This document shows, one piece after another, positions 16,395 to 25,678 of a stretch of 64,000 bases of DNA (its first letter is position 1; each line of letters begins with the position of its first letter). The position numbers and the translations under genes are program-made. The notes beneath the pieces are model-generated. The model was not told the DNA's origin. It did not search any database and saw only the letters and a list, made by a program, of their open reading frames with translations. The DNA lies in the IMG/VR virus record IMGVR_UViG_3300025133_000023. One strand, 5' to 3'. The DNA is from a virus.

Positions 16395-16468
16395 CCCCGT
16401 ATAGCTTAGCGGCTTAAAGCGCTTGCTCGACACGCAAGAGATCGGTGGTTTAGATCCACCTATGGGGA
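16395..16468 (+). tRNA. tRNA-Val(GAC), genomic end ACA not CCA
   Basis: CCCCGTA/TATGGGG acceptor, CTTGC/GCAAG stem, TC-GAC-AC loop. Confidence 0.82.
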
Positions 16469-16477
16469 ACATAAACA

Positions 16478-16654
16478 ATGCTTGTCATTTATCTAGTTTT
16501 AGTTACACTACTCGTTGCAGTAAGCGGTATTACGATTTGGCTTCGTGAAGATACAACCGAAGAGGAAATCTTTTGGACCCAATTACTCTATTGGCAGACC
16601 ATACTTTTGATGGTGTTGGCTATAGCATTAGCTATCGTGATATTGCTAGCCTAA
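16478..16654 (+). CDS. small two-TM membrane protein (58 aa, not in ORF track)
   Basis: MLVIYLVLVTLLVAVSGITIW..LLYWQTILLMVLAIALAIVILLA. Confidence 0.6.
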   Translation: MLVIYLVLVTLLVAVSGITIWLREDTTEEEIFWTQLLYWQTILLMVLAIALAIVILLA

Positions 16655-16670
16655 ACCTAAAAGGTATAAT

Positions 16671-17003
16671 ATGGATGATAAAGAAGAACTAGGTCCGAAG
16701 ATACACAGTAGAAGAGCCCCTTCGGGTATGCGAATCTTCACTGTCTGTCGACAAGCGGACGAAACAGGCGTTAGCGGTGAAGGAATCATCGCTGAAGGAG
16801 TAGAGTGGGGAGACGGTAGTGTAAGCCTTAGATGGTTGACACCGTGGCCCAAAGGAAGCATCGTCTATTGGCATACAATGCAAGACTTTCTTTCCGTTCA
16901 CATCCTCCCTCACATGTCTAATGGAACTATCATTACCTTTGCCGACGGCGAACAGGTAGTGTATGGAACTCCACCTAAAGAAGAAGTTCCTCCGGAAGAA
17001 TAA
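16671..17003 (+). CDS. hypothetical phage protein
   Basis: DETGVSGEGIIAEGVEWGDGSVSLRW pattern seen in phage proteins. Confidence 0.7.
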   Translation: MDDKEELGPKIHSRRAPSGMRIFTVCRQADETGVSGEGIIAEGVEWGDGSVSLRWLTPWPKGSIVYWHTMQDFLSVHILPHMSNGTIITFADGEQVVYGTPPKEEVPPEE

Positions 17004-17320
17004 TGTTCCTAGTCTCAGCTCCAATGCCTCAGCGATCACCTAGAACAATCTTTAGGCCTATCATCGTTGATCTAAACTGGCTAAGAGCAAGGGTAGGAGA
17101 CAATACTCCTTGGGTTAACGCCTCAACTAGCTACAGATGGAAAATCTTGGAGATTGATACAGGGGAAACCCAGGTTGATTTCCTTGACATTATTTTGTTA
17201 GCTTTTGAAATAGGTGCAGAGTTAAAGAACTGTACCTTAGAAATCGATGAAACCACAGAGACATTGGTCCTTGGAATTCACCGTCCTCCTATTCCCTGGC
17301 GTCCAGTCAGACATAAGTAG
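17003..17320 (+). CDS. hypothetical protein, MFLVS N-terminus
   Basis: TAATG coupling; fills gap. Confidence 0.65.
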   Translation: MFLVSAPMPQRSPRTIFRPIIVDLNWLRARVGDNTPWVNASTSYRWKILEIDTGETQVDFLDIILLAFEIGAELKNCTLEIDETTETLVLGIHRPPIPWRPVRHK

Positions 17321-17347
17321 CTTTGCCCAAAGCAGAAAGAAGTTATC

Positions 17348-17668
17348 ATGACTATAAAGTTTAACCATCGTAACGTCGCTGGTGGTTACATCACTATCGC
17401 ATTCAACGAAACAGGCTCTGATACAGTTGAATATGGAGTTGCCTTCTGTTCTCCAGAAGACCATTCCAATTTCCGACGAGCTAAGGGTCGTATGATTGCA
17501 ACTAATCGCCTTGAATCCCGCAAGCGTATTGGAATCATTCCTATTCCAGAAGACACTGACCTGATTGTTGAATCCATCATTCAAGACATCGAGTCAGGCA
17601 ATTATCAAACTCCTGCCTATAGGGAAGGTGAAGACCTAGCTCCAAAGTGGTTCTTCGGTACATTTTAA
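17348..17668 (+). CDS. hypothetical phage protein
   Basis: GVAFCSPED.F.R.KGR.IA..RL pattern. Confidence 0.7.
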   Translation: MTIKFNHRNVAGGYITIAFNETGSDTVEYGVAFCSPEDHSNFRRAKGRMIATNRLESRKRIGIIPIPEDTDLIVESIIQDIESGNYQTPAYREGEDLAPKWFFGTF

Positions 17669-17670
17669 GA

Positions 17671-17747
17671 GGCCGCCTAGCCCAACTGGCAGAGGCAACG
17701 TTTTCAAACAACGTACAGTCCGAGTTCGAACCTCGGGGCGGCTACCA
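17671..17747 (+). tRNA. tRNA with CAA anticodon (Leu) and short variable loop
   Basis: ACGTT/AACGT stem, TT-CAA-AC loop, 5-nt variable region ACAGT, A73, CCA. Confidence 0.85.
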
Positions 17748-17771
17748 TTCTTTTAACTAGAGGTAATAGCC

Positions 17772-18581
17772 ATGACCCGCATCGCCGTCTTCGGTGATGT
17801 CCACGGACATCTGCCAGTACTAGAAGTACTGTTTGACCGAGTAAATTCAAAGTACAAGCCTGATCAATGGTATAGCTGTGGTGATCTCTGTGATAGAGGT
17901 CCAGACACTCCTGGCGTGGTTCAGTTCTGCATCGACAATAAGATCGAAGCAGTCTTAGGTAACCACGATGAGTGGCTACTGTCCGCCATCCGTAATGGCT
18001 TCAATGATCATATGCTTACAAGCACATGGTTGTATCCCTCTAATGGTGGACGTGAAACCGTAACCCAATACGGAGGGAACATCGTCATAGGCGGTAACGC
18101 CTGGGGTGGCCTTACTTATGGGGTCCATGACTTCAAGGTCCCCTCATCACATGAAGAGTACCTCTTCACCAGACCCACAGTCATTGAGACTGAGTATGGG
18201 TATGTTCTTCACGGAGGTATTGGTCCACAGCATGTCAAGCAAGCAGCCAATCAGATAAGAATGAAGCTTCGCAACCAGGGGCAGATCATTGATAGACCAG
18301 AGGCTATGAAACTTGTTACTCCGTTTGATTGTGAAGAAGACACTATCAGATGGTTTAACCCAGGAAGGAACGCAGCCTACAAGGCTGTACACTACTGGCA
18401 CTTCGATAAGCCTCAGATTGTTGGCCACATTGGGGTCGACAAGCCAGTAATCAGTGACAATCATATTGCCCTAGACACAGGCTGCTCCTGGGATGATGGA
18501 GCACTCACTGCCATAATTCTGCCCGAACGTAAGTTCGTGACAGTAACCAAGGAAGAAATCTATGGAAACCCCACAGCATAA
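17772..18581 (+). CDS. metallophosphoesterase (PphA/NinI/ApaH-like)
   Basis: GDVHG, GDLCDRGP, LGNHD, HGG, GH, LDTGC. Confidence 0.92.
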   Translation: MTRIAVFGDVHGHLPVLEVLFDRVNSKYKPDQWYSCGDLCDRGPDTPGVVQFCIDNKIEAVLGNHDEWLLSAIRNGFNDHMLTSTWLYPSNGGRETVTQYGGNIVIGGNAWGGLTYGVHDFKVPSSHEEYLFTRPTVIETEYGYVLHGGIGPQHVKQAANQIRMKLRNQGQIIDRPEAMKLVTPFDCEEDTIRWFNPGRNAAYKAVHYWHFDKPQIVGHIGVDKPVISDNHIALDTGCSWDDGALTAIILPERKFVTVTKEEIYGNPTA

Positions 18582-19767
18582 TATCCTTGGTAGCCAAGGA
18601 ATAGATACTTATCCTCCCTATAAAGATACTATTCCACCCCTGATACGGGGAACCGCCAGTTTCGTTAAAGAGGCTGGCGGTTTCTTGTATCTAGTGGGAG
18701 GCTGCGTACGTGACCTACTATGGGACAAGTCTCCCTATGACTGGGACTGTGAAGCCTTTGGCCTAACCGAAGATCAGCTTGAGCTTGTCCTTAAGAACGT
18801 CGCCGCTTACTACCTTGGCAACATCAAGAAGCTCCAACGAGTAGGAAAGCTCTTTCCCGTATGGAAGCTAAGTGCCATGGACATTGCCCTTCCACGTAAG
18901 GAGCGCAAGATTGCTGCTGGACATACTGGCTTTGACATTGAAGTAGATCCTTTCATGTCTCTAAGAAGCGCAGCTGAACGCAGAGACCTAACGGTCAATG
19001 CTATCTACCTTGATCCTCTCACAGGTGAAATACATGACCCAGTTGGTGGGAGACAAGATCTCTTCAACCATCTGGCTAGGCCTGTGTCTCCTAGGTTTAA
19101 AGAAGACCCTCTTCGAGTCATGAGAGCAGCTCAGTTCTGCTCTAGGTTTAGCCTACTCCCAACACAAGACCTAATTGGATACTCTATTGAGCTTCAAGAA
19201 GAATTTGATTCTCTTTCTATAGAACGTATCCATACCGAATGGGACAAGCTCCTACAACAGGGAGCACACCCATCCTATGGACTTCTTTTTCTACAGAAAT
19301 GTGGGTGGTCTAAGTTCTTCTGGAAGGGTAAGGTAAGCTATCAGCCTCCTAACCCATTCCACACTGCTAGAGATCATCTAGCTATGCTCTATGGGTCGGC
19401 TAACTCAGTCAATGTACCGTTCATTACTGCACGTACTTCAGATCTAAAGTTCATAACAGCACTAAGTAGTGCCTATTCAGCCCTTGAGGTTGGTGAGTAT
19501 GACTGCAAGTTTGCTATAGCCCTTAGGCTTTGTTCTAAAGCCATAGACAACGTCTCTCTTCTGAAATGTTGGGCTATAGCCAAGGAACAAAACATTTCCG
19601 TATGGCTAGAGATGCTACATGAAGAAAAGATCTGGCGATCCTCTCACCCACCCAAGACCAACGGGACAGTTCTTGTGGACATGGGTTTCAAAGGGTCAGC
19701 AATTAAAAAAGAACTAGATAGACTCTATGTTCAGCAAATGGAGGCCCTCGATGATGTGTCAATGTGA
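18562..19767 (+). CDS. cca: class II tRNA nucleotidyltransferase (CCA-adding enzyme-like)
   Basis: VGGCVRDLL, DWDCE, RRDLTVNAI, EDPLRVMRAAQF, ERIHTEWDKLL. Confidence 0.9.
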   Translation: METPQHNILGSQGIDTYPPYKDTIPPLIRGTASFVKEAGGFLYLVGGCVRDLLWDKSPYDWDCEAFGLTEDQLELVLKNVAAYYLGNIKKLQRVGKLFPVWKLSAMDIALPRKERKIAAGHTGFDIEVDPFMSLRSAAERRDLTVNAIYLDPLTGEIHDPVGGRQDLFNHLARPVSPRFKEDPLRVMRAAQFCSRFSLLPTQDLIGYSIELQEEFDSLSIERIHTEWDKLLQQGAHPSYGLLFLQKCGWSKFFWKGKVSYQPPNPFHTARDHLAMLYGSANSVNVPFITARTSDLKFITALSSAYSALEVGEYDCKFAIALRLCSKAIDNVSLLKCWAIAKEQNISVWLEMLHEEKIWRSSHPPKTNGTVLVDMGFKGSAIKKELDRLYVQQMEALDDVSM

Positions 19768-19960
19768 CTGTCTAACTTGTCGTGATGATATCCTATGGCT
19801 TCAACGAGCCGTTCGTCGCCTTGACGAAAGAATTTCAAATCTTATAGATAACACCTCTTTTACTCAAATTCCCAAAGGTGTACAGGCTGCTGCTGTTGAA
19901 GCACCAGATATCGGAGTAAAGCATGTGGACCCGTTCAGCATCCCCAACAAAGAATCCTGA
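19751..19960 (+). CDS. small hypothetical protein (Cys cluster plus coiled coil)
   Basis: MMCQCDCLTC then heptad-like segment. Confidence 0.5.
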   Translation: MMCQCDCLTCRDDILWLQRAVRRLDERISNLIDNTSFTQIPKGVQAAAVEAPDIGVKHVDPFSIPNKES

Positions 19961-20765
19961 TCCTTGGGACTGTGGGGACTATGATGACACCACGCACTGG
20001 CCCATGGGACAAGACTTTGTTCTTGTCTCAGAGAACGATGGCATCTATACCTATCTAGCAGAGTTCACCCCAGGAATGGTATGGGACCCTACATGGATAG
20101 GTAAAAGACACCTCGTTATGGGCTTGTGGGAAACACTCTCTCATGTCACAGACAAACTGCCAGATAACCTATCTCTTAAGGTTATAGGTAATGCAGCAAA
20201 CTCCTATGTCTTTAACTCTAATCAAGAGGTTCTAGACTTTGATGTGTTGTTGTACAAAAGAGTTAATTCTGATCAAGAAATCTCACTCTTTAACCTTGAA
20301 GGAATCATGACATCTGTTGCTAGGGGACTCTCTGATGAGTCAGCCTTCGTAAGAAACAGGGCTGTCAGTTGGACCAAGAGTGGTTTCGATGGAAGCTATG
20401 TCATTGAGTGGACGTGTAAGGGTCTTCCCCGACCCGTTCAAATTCGCATTCTTCCTCACAATGGTACACTTAAAGAGTACATGACTGCCTGTCAATGGGG
20501 AGAAGACTCCATAGCCTTAGCTATTAAGGAGCTTCCTCCTAAGGGCAACCTCTATTTCATGTCAACACTTAAAGTAGATGCACTCCTTCATGGACAGTGG
20601 CTTCATCTTACTGATGCCCACGAACCTGACCCGTCTGTGACTATTTCAGCAGGCATGGAACTTTGCAAACTATCAGGGAAAAGAATTCACATGGATGACT
20701 TCAATACCCTAGTCGGACTAGTAGGACTACAACATGACGAAGGACTCGAATTCATCGGAACCTAA
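19923..20765 (+). CDS. hypothetical protein, possible nucleotidyltransferase-like fold
   Basis: 280-aa ORF; VIGNAANS..DFDVLL weakly like Pol-beta NTase motif. Confidence 0.55.
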   Translation: MWTRSASPTKNPDPWDCGDYDDTTHWPMGQDFVLVSENDGIYTYLAEFTPGMVWDPTWIGKRHLVMGLWETLSHVTDKLPDNLSLKVIGNAANSYVFNSNQEVLDFDVLLYKRVNSDQEISLFNLEGIMTSVARGLSDESAFVRNRAVSWTKSGFDGSYVIEWTCKGLPRPVQIRILPHNGTLKEYMTACQWGEDSIALAIKELPPKGNLYFMSTLKVDALLHGQWLHLTDAHEPDPSVTISAGMELCKLSGKRIHMDDFNTLVGLVGLQHDEGLEFIGT

Positions 20766-21432
20766 GAAGCCTAACCTTCCTGAAGGAATGGAGTTGGTTC
20801 CGGCAGATGGTTTTACTATTCCCATACGAAAACATCTTGATGCAATTGATGACATCGAGTATCTCCTAGCAGGTCCAGGTTTAACTAGCGATGTCTATGA
20901 CATTAGTGCCCTTCCAAACACAGGCAAGATGTATTTTCTATTCACCAAAGACGTGGATAAAGTAGTAACATACTTTAATGATCTTGATGAGTTCACAGCC
21001 GGTAAGACACGAGATATCTTTAACGCATTTTTCGCTTGCGATGCTTATGTTTTCGGAGTCTTGGACCCCAGTACGAAAATTCCTCAAGGCTTTAGGCAAG
21101 AGAATCTTAGACCAACAAGCGCTGACTGCCTCGCAAGATTCACCAAGGTTGATGACGTCGAGCAACTCATGGTCCTCAAGCCAATCACCATCCCCACAAC
21201 TGTAGGGTGGTCAAACCTAGTCTTAAGTAAAGACTATCTTAAGCTATTCTTTATGTCATTTATTCAAATGACGATCAAAAGCTTAGCAAGGATGGGTTAT
21301 GCCTTGGATGAAAAACTGTTAAGGGACATCTTCACCTATAGATGTTCTCTTCAGTATGTAGAACCAACCCCCAGGATGTGGCAAGCATTCCTTAAAGAAT
21401 TTCCAGTAGAAAGGGTAACTCAAATTTCATGA
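20734..21432 (+). CDS. hypothetical protein
   Basis: 232-aa ORF coupled to neighbours. Confidence 0.7.
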   Translation: MTKDSNSSEPKKPNLPEGMELVPADGFTIPIRKHLDAIDDIEYLLAGPGLTSDVYDISALPNTGKMYFLFTKDVDKVVTYFNDLDEFTAGKTRDIFNAFFACDAYVFGVLDPSTKIPQGFRQENLRPTSADCLARFTKVDDVEQLMVLKPITIPTTVGWSNLVLSKDYLKLFFMSFIQMTIKSLARMGYALDEKLLRDIFTYRCSLQYVEPTPRMWQAFLKEFPVERVTQIS

Positions 21433-22580
21433 AGCTTTCAGATTTCAAAAAGATCGCACAAGTCTGTATTACCGCTGATGTTCCATGCAGAGTGTGGGGT
21501 CCAGGCGGAATCGGCAAGTCACAACTACTCCAACAGCTAGCCGAAGAGCTAGGTATGAATTTCGAAGACCTTCGTCTCGCTACCCAAGAGGTAGGTGACC
21601 TTATTGGTCTTCCAGAAATTATTGTCATGGGTGACGACAAGCACGTCACTAGCTGGGCACAGCCATCATGGCTTGCTAAGATTTGGACCCTCCACCACCA
21701 AGGCGTAGCAACAATCCTAGCCTTGGAAGAGAAAGCACGAGCACCCAAAGAGGTAACTCAGGCAGCTTTCCAAATCCTCACAGAGAAGAAGCTTCACCAG
21801 TATGAACTTCCTCCCGACTGTAGACTCTTCGCCTTGGACAATCCTCCAACAGAAGAATACCAAGTCACACCAGCTGACAGAGCAGAGAATACTCGTTGGG
21901 CAAATGTCTACGTCACAGCAGACGCTATTGACTGGATTGAAAACTACGGAGTTCTCCATGCTTCCGAAGAGCTAACCGCTTTTATCGCAGGCAACAAGGA
22001 AGCCCTTTGCGCCAAGGACAAGAAGCAATGGAACGTCGAAACAGTCATCTACAATGTACCCAGAACGTGGGTACTTGCTGACCGCATCTGGAAAACCATC
22101 AAGCCTAATCTTGATCCAGATGACGAAGGACAACACATCCTTCTACTCACCGCTATTGGAGCTTGCGTAGGTAGTGGCCCAGCCACACTGTTCGTTGACT
22201 CTCTTGTCAATGAATGGGTTTCTATGGAAGAACTCCTTACTGGAGAAAAGACCTACGAAGATGTCAGAGACAAGCCAGAGCTGAGAGTTCGGGCCTTCCA
22301 CCAGTTCCTTCACTTCCTTGACGATAAGGACCTTCTCCTAGAGAGTGGTCAAATGGATAAGGAACGTATCACTCGCTTTGGAGAGTTCATCGTTGGACTA
22401 GACAGCGAAGGGTATAGAGATCTATCCGTGAGCCTACTCAAGAAGTTCATGAGCAAGAAAACTACCGAAGGTAAGAGCTCTAACATCGTTAAGATGCTCT
22501 TCAAATATGGACCTAAGTCCATTACCAAGCTAGTGATTGACACTGGCAACGATATCTCTAATTCGAACGAGGACTACTAA
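21429..22580 (+). CDS. MoxR/dynein-related AAA+ ATPase
   Basis: GPGGIGKS Walker A, EDLRL, GDLIGLP, LALEE Walker B, ENTRW. Confidence 0.88.
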   Translation: MKLSDFKKIAQVCITADVPCRVWGPGGIGKSQLLQQLAEELGMNFEDLRLATQEVGDLIGLPEIIVMGDDKHVTSWAQPSWLAKIWTLHHQGVATILALEEKARAPKEVTQAAFQILTEKKLHQYELPPDCRLFALDNPPTEEYQVTPADRAENTRWANVYVTADAIDWIENYGVLHASEELTAFIAGNKEALCAKDKKQWNVETVIYNVPRTWVLADRIWKTIKPNLDPDDEGQHILLLTAIGACVGSGPATLFVDSLVNEWVSMEELLTGEKTYEDVRDKPELRVRAFHQFLHFLDDKDLLLESGQMDKERITRFGEFIVGLDSEGYRDLSVSLLKKFMSKKTTEGKSSNIVKMLFKYGPKSITKLVIDTGNDISNSNEDY

Positions 22581-23782
22581 TGTCTTTAGACGAAGCAACA
22601 AGCAAGGTTCGATCTGCTATCGCGCAGCTCCTTATGTCTAAGGAAACCAACTGGTGGGGTTTCTTGCTGTGTAGTTTCGATCTAGAAGCAACCAATAGTT
22701 GTCCTACCATGGGTATTACATTCAATCTGAATACCCTTCGACCAAAAATCATATTCTCTCCACACTTTGTCCTACAGCTACCAACAGGAGAAGTGGGAGG
22801 TGTCCTCATACATGAGGCTCTCCACTATCTTCAGATGGTTTTCTTAAGACAAGGATTGAGAGAAATGAAAGAATGGAATGTCGCAGCAGACATGCCCATC
22901 AACTGGCAAATCGACACCATCCTAGGTGAACATGCCAAGACTGACTGGGGCAAGAAGATTCGACTGCCCAACACATGGACCAATGAAAAAGGTGAAGAAT
23001 GCAAGCCAGTCCGCGTACCAGACTCTATCGCAAACAATGAGCGTTATGCTGAGTGGCTCTATGCCAACATGAATGAGCATGAAGACCTCAAGGAGACAAT
23101 GAGCAAGGTGGGAACTGAATACTTCCTTGTCGATGATCATTCCCTATGGGGTGACTTCAACAAGATTCCAGAGGAAGTTCTCAAGAGCGGTATCGTTAAG
23201 TCAATCAATGATGCATCCAACACCGCAGGCACTATGCCAGGTGGAGTTAAACAAATCTTAGACCGTCTTCTTGACAGTAAAGTTTCATGGAACCAAGAAT
23301 TAAAAGATTTCGTTGGTCAGAACCAAGTCATCGGCAAGAGACAGAGTTGGAAGAAAACATCCCGTAGGTTTGGTAAGAGACAGCCAGGGAAGCTTGTGCT
23401 TCGATCTGGGGTCATTGTATTCATAATGGATACCTCAGCGTCAATGTCAGAAGAAGAGCTCGAACAGGGCCTTGCAGAAGCTGATGCGCTATCAACGATG
23501 TTCGACGTATGGATTGTTGACTGCGACACCAAGGTTCAGAGGGTCTATAAATACAGGCGAGGGCTTGAACTATCAGTCAAGGGAGGAGGAGGGACAAACG
23601 TTAACCCTGCCCTTAAGCACGCAGACATAAAACTAAGAGCCGACATGATTATCTGTTTCACAGATGGCGGACTCTTTGAAAAGCCTATCGATACTAGAGC
23701 CAAGCAGCTGTATGTCATCACGAAAGGAGGCACTACTTCCTATGTCGAGAACAAGCGACACGTCAAAATTGAGGATGATTAA
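22580..23782 (+). CDS. HExxH metallopeptidase-like + vWA-like protein (DUF2201-type)
   Basis: LIHEALHYL, WNVAADMPIN, MDTSASM, GGGGT, FTDG. Confidence 0.85.
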   Translation: MSLDEATSKVRSAIAQLLMSKETNWWGFLLCSFDLEATNSCPTMGITFNLNTLRPKIIFSPHFVLQLPTGEVGGVLIHEALHYLQMVFLRQGLREMKEWNVAADMPINWQIDTILGEHAKTDWGKKIRLPNTWTNEKGEECKPVRVPDSIANNERYAEWLYANMNEHEDLKETMSKVGTEYFLVDDHSLWGDFNKIPEEVLKSGIVKSINDASNTAGTMPGGVKQILDRLLDSKVSWNQELKDFVGQNQVIGKRQSWKKTSRRFGKRQPGKLVLRSGVIVFIMDTSASMSEEELEQGLAEADALSTMFDVWIVDCDTKVQRVYKYRRGLELSVKGGGGTNVNPALKHADIKLRADMIICFTDGGLFEKPIDTRAKQLYVITKGGTTSYVENKRHVKIEDD

Positions 23783-24401
23783 AAGTACAGAAGCTTTCCT
23801 CCAAGAAGACAAACGCCCCAAGAAGAGAACTCTTCAATTAGCTTACTATGAGAAAGTCGCTCTCTTTTCTGGTTTTGAACCAATACATGTATTAGACATG
23901 CCAAGCGCCAACGTCCAGTTAAGCATGGAGATGATGAATGATTCTGGTATCAGCTTCGATAGCTACACAGCTGTTGAATACGACCCGGCAGTCGCAAAGA
24001 GGATTACTAGGGAAGTTAATCATCTGGCACAAGACCGAGGGATTCGACGGGTATCCACACAGACCGGTGATGTACTGGAGGTACTTGATTCGAGATGCTG
24101 TACCAAGAATAATAATGCACCGATTGGATTCTTCAACTTGGATTTCTGCGGGGCGATGGGAAAGAGCTGGAGGTCATTCATGCTCCCACATCTTCTTGAT
24201 AAAAATGGATCCGACAAGTTCGCCCTTGCCCTCACCTTTTGTCCTAGGTCGCCGTCTAGACCTGTCAAAAAAGCCGACCATGCCCTTAGGGTTATCGCCC
24301 CAGAGTTCTATGGGCTCGACTTAGTCTATTTGGAGCAAAATAACTACAGTGATACGTCTGCGATGTGTAGTTGGCTAGTGTTCTATAAAAAGAGGAAATA
24401 A
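23775..24401 (+). CDS. Rossmann-fold methyltransferase-like protein
   Basis: VLDM.., AVEYDP, GDV, FFNLDFCG; ATG 23775 with GAGG. Confidence 0.5.
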   Translation: MIKSTEAFLQEDKRPKKRTLQLAYYEKVALFSGFEPIHVLDMPSANVQLSMEMMNDSGISFDSYTAVEYDPAVAKRITREVNHLAQDRGIRRVSTQTGDVLEVLDSRCCTKNNNAPIGFFNLDFCGAMGKSWRSFMLPHLLDKNGSDKFALALTFCPRSPSRPVKKADHALRVIAPEFYGLDLVYLEQNNYSDTSAMCSWLVFYKKRK

Positions 24402-24970
24402 TGTCAGAAGAAAAGACCGATCTCTTGAAAGAGATCAAAGAAAAAGCAGCTTCAGAAGCCGTCAGCTCCATCTGGAACAGCAATATTGAAGTTCCAATGA
24501 TAGGAGAAGAGGACGCCCATAGCTATAGACTCACCAATCCACCACACTATGCAATCATGACCTATGTGTTGTATAACGACACGGCTGTGATTGGTTTGTT
24601 CCCTAACATTAACCCTCATGACCCGGAGGATAAGACCTCTACCATTGCGGTGTCTCCCACCAATGTAAGTCATGAAGGGCTAGTAGCAATATTCGAAGCT
24701 TTGTTAGAAGTTAAACCTAATGAAGTAGTCGACGCATCCATCGTTCACTTGAGCGAGGAACAGCTTGCAACGGTTCTAGCTTGTGAGCTAGACCAAGACC
24801 AAGTTTTCAGTTTCATCTATGCTGGCGAAGGCGAGCGAAACAAATGTTTCGACATGACGACGCTAGTCACTGTGGTGAAAAATATAGAAGACATCCCCAA
24901 GGAGGAGCTTGATGCTATTTTGTCTCAACAACGTAGTTTACTCAGTAACATCACTGAGCCAAGTAGCTAA
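24401..24970 (+). CDS. hypothetical protein
   Basis: 189-aa ORF, TAATG coupling. Confidence 0.7.
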   Translation: MSEEKTDLLKEIKEKAASEAVSSIWNSNIEVPMIGEEDAHSYRLTNPPHYAIMTYVLYNDTAVIGLFPNINPHDPEDKTSTIAVSPTNVSHEGLVAIFEALLEVKPNEVVDASIVHLSEEQLATVLACELDQDQVFSFIYAGEGERNKCFDMTTLVTVVKNIEDIPKEELDAILSQQRSLLSNITEPSS

Positions 24971-25268
24971 AGCCTTAGGCCTTGAGGATGAGGACTATAC
25001 CATTGTCCTTAGTGTTATCTATGTGACAACGAGCAAAGCTCTTACAGCCAATACGGATACTCTATTGACCTTAGGAATCCACACCGGTGAACTAGAAAGG
25101 GAACAGGGTAACATCCTCACCGAAACCCAAGGCTTTAGAGAATTTTTAACAGCTGTAGAAGCTCAATACCCAACAGTACTTCTTGAAGCCTATCAAGTTA
25201 TGGAGGATGCCAAAGACGGCAAACTCTTACTCGATGGCGGGAAGATTGTTGTTATATCGGAGAAATAA
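24912..25268 (+). CDS. hypothetical protein
   Basis: Fills gap; start uncertain. Confidence 0.55.
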   Translation: MLFCLNNVVYSVTSLSQVAKALGLEDEDYTIVLSVIYVTTSKALTANTDTLLTLGIHTGELEREQGNILTETQGFREFLTAVEAQYPTVLLEAYQVMEDAKDGKLLLDGGKIVVISEK

Positions 25269-25270
25269 TT

Positions 25271-25498
25271 TTGTCAAACTACAAGACAATGAGTGCAGGG
25301 CAAAAGGCTGCATTCACCCGAAAGGCACGGCAGAATGCGCGTGCTAACTACCCTATTGGTTACCAAGTTGCTGTACTTATGGCAAATGGAGCCGATACGG
25401 CTTCTTCAATCGTATCTACTCTTGGCCTTACCGACTACCAGGCCAGGGGTTACATGACGCGAGTTCGGAGAGGAGATTTTGACGACTGTAGGCTTTAA
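25271..25498 (+). CDS. small basic protein, possible HTH
   Basis: AGQKAAFTRKAR basic helix followed by HTH-like segment. Confidence 0.6.
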   Translation: MSNYKTMSAGQKAAFTRKARQNARANYPIGYQVAVLMANGADTASSIVSTLGLTDYQARGYMTRVRRGDFDDCRL

Positions 25499-25500
25499 GC

Positions 25501-25665
25501 TGACTGTTGTCTTAATCTTAATGGCTGGCTTAGCGGCCTGGTCTGCATCAGACCTAAAACGCTAAGGCGGTAGTCACCGAGGGGGTCTGGGTATTTTCAA
25601 TGCCCGACCCCCGACGTGCCCCAAGTCTGGTAGACTTTAAGGGATGGTCTGAGCAATTAGGCTCA
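25501..25665 (+). ncRNA. candidate structured RNA upstream of phoH
   Basis: Six to seven stems in a 180-nt ORF-free gap. Confidence 0.5.
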
Positions 25666-25678
25666 ACTCTCTATACAT

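Noticed and set aside
23938-24324. Shadow-frame ORF starting MILVS (also MILLS 10950, MILMS 20978, MILIS 56919, MILLT 55710)
   Set aside because: Fully nested in real genes; T-rich third positions create such starts in that frame. Excluded from the tag family and kept as a caveat.
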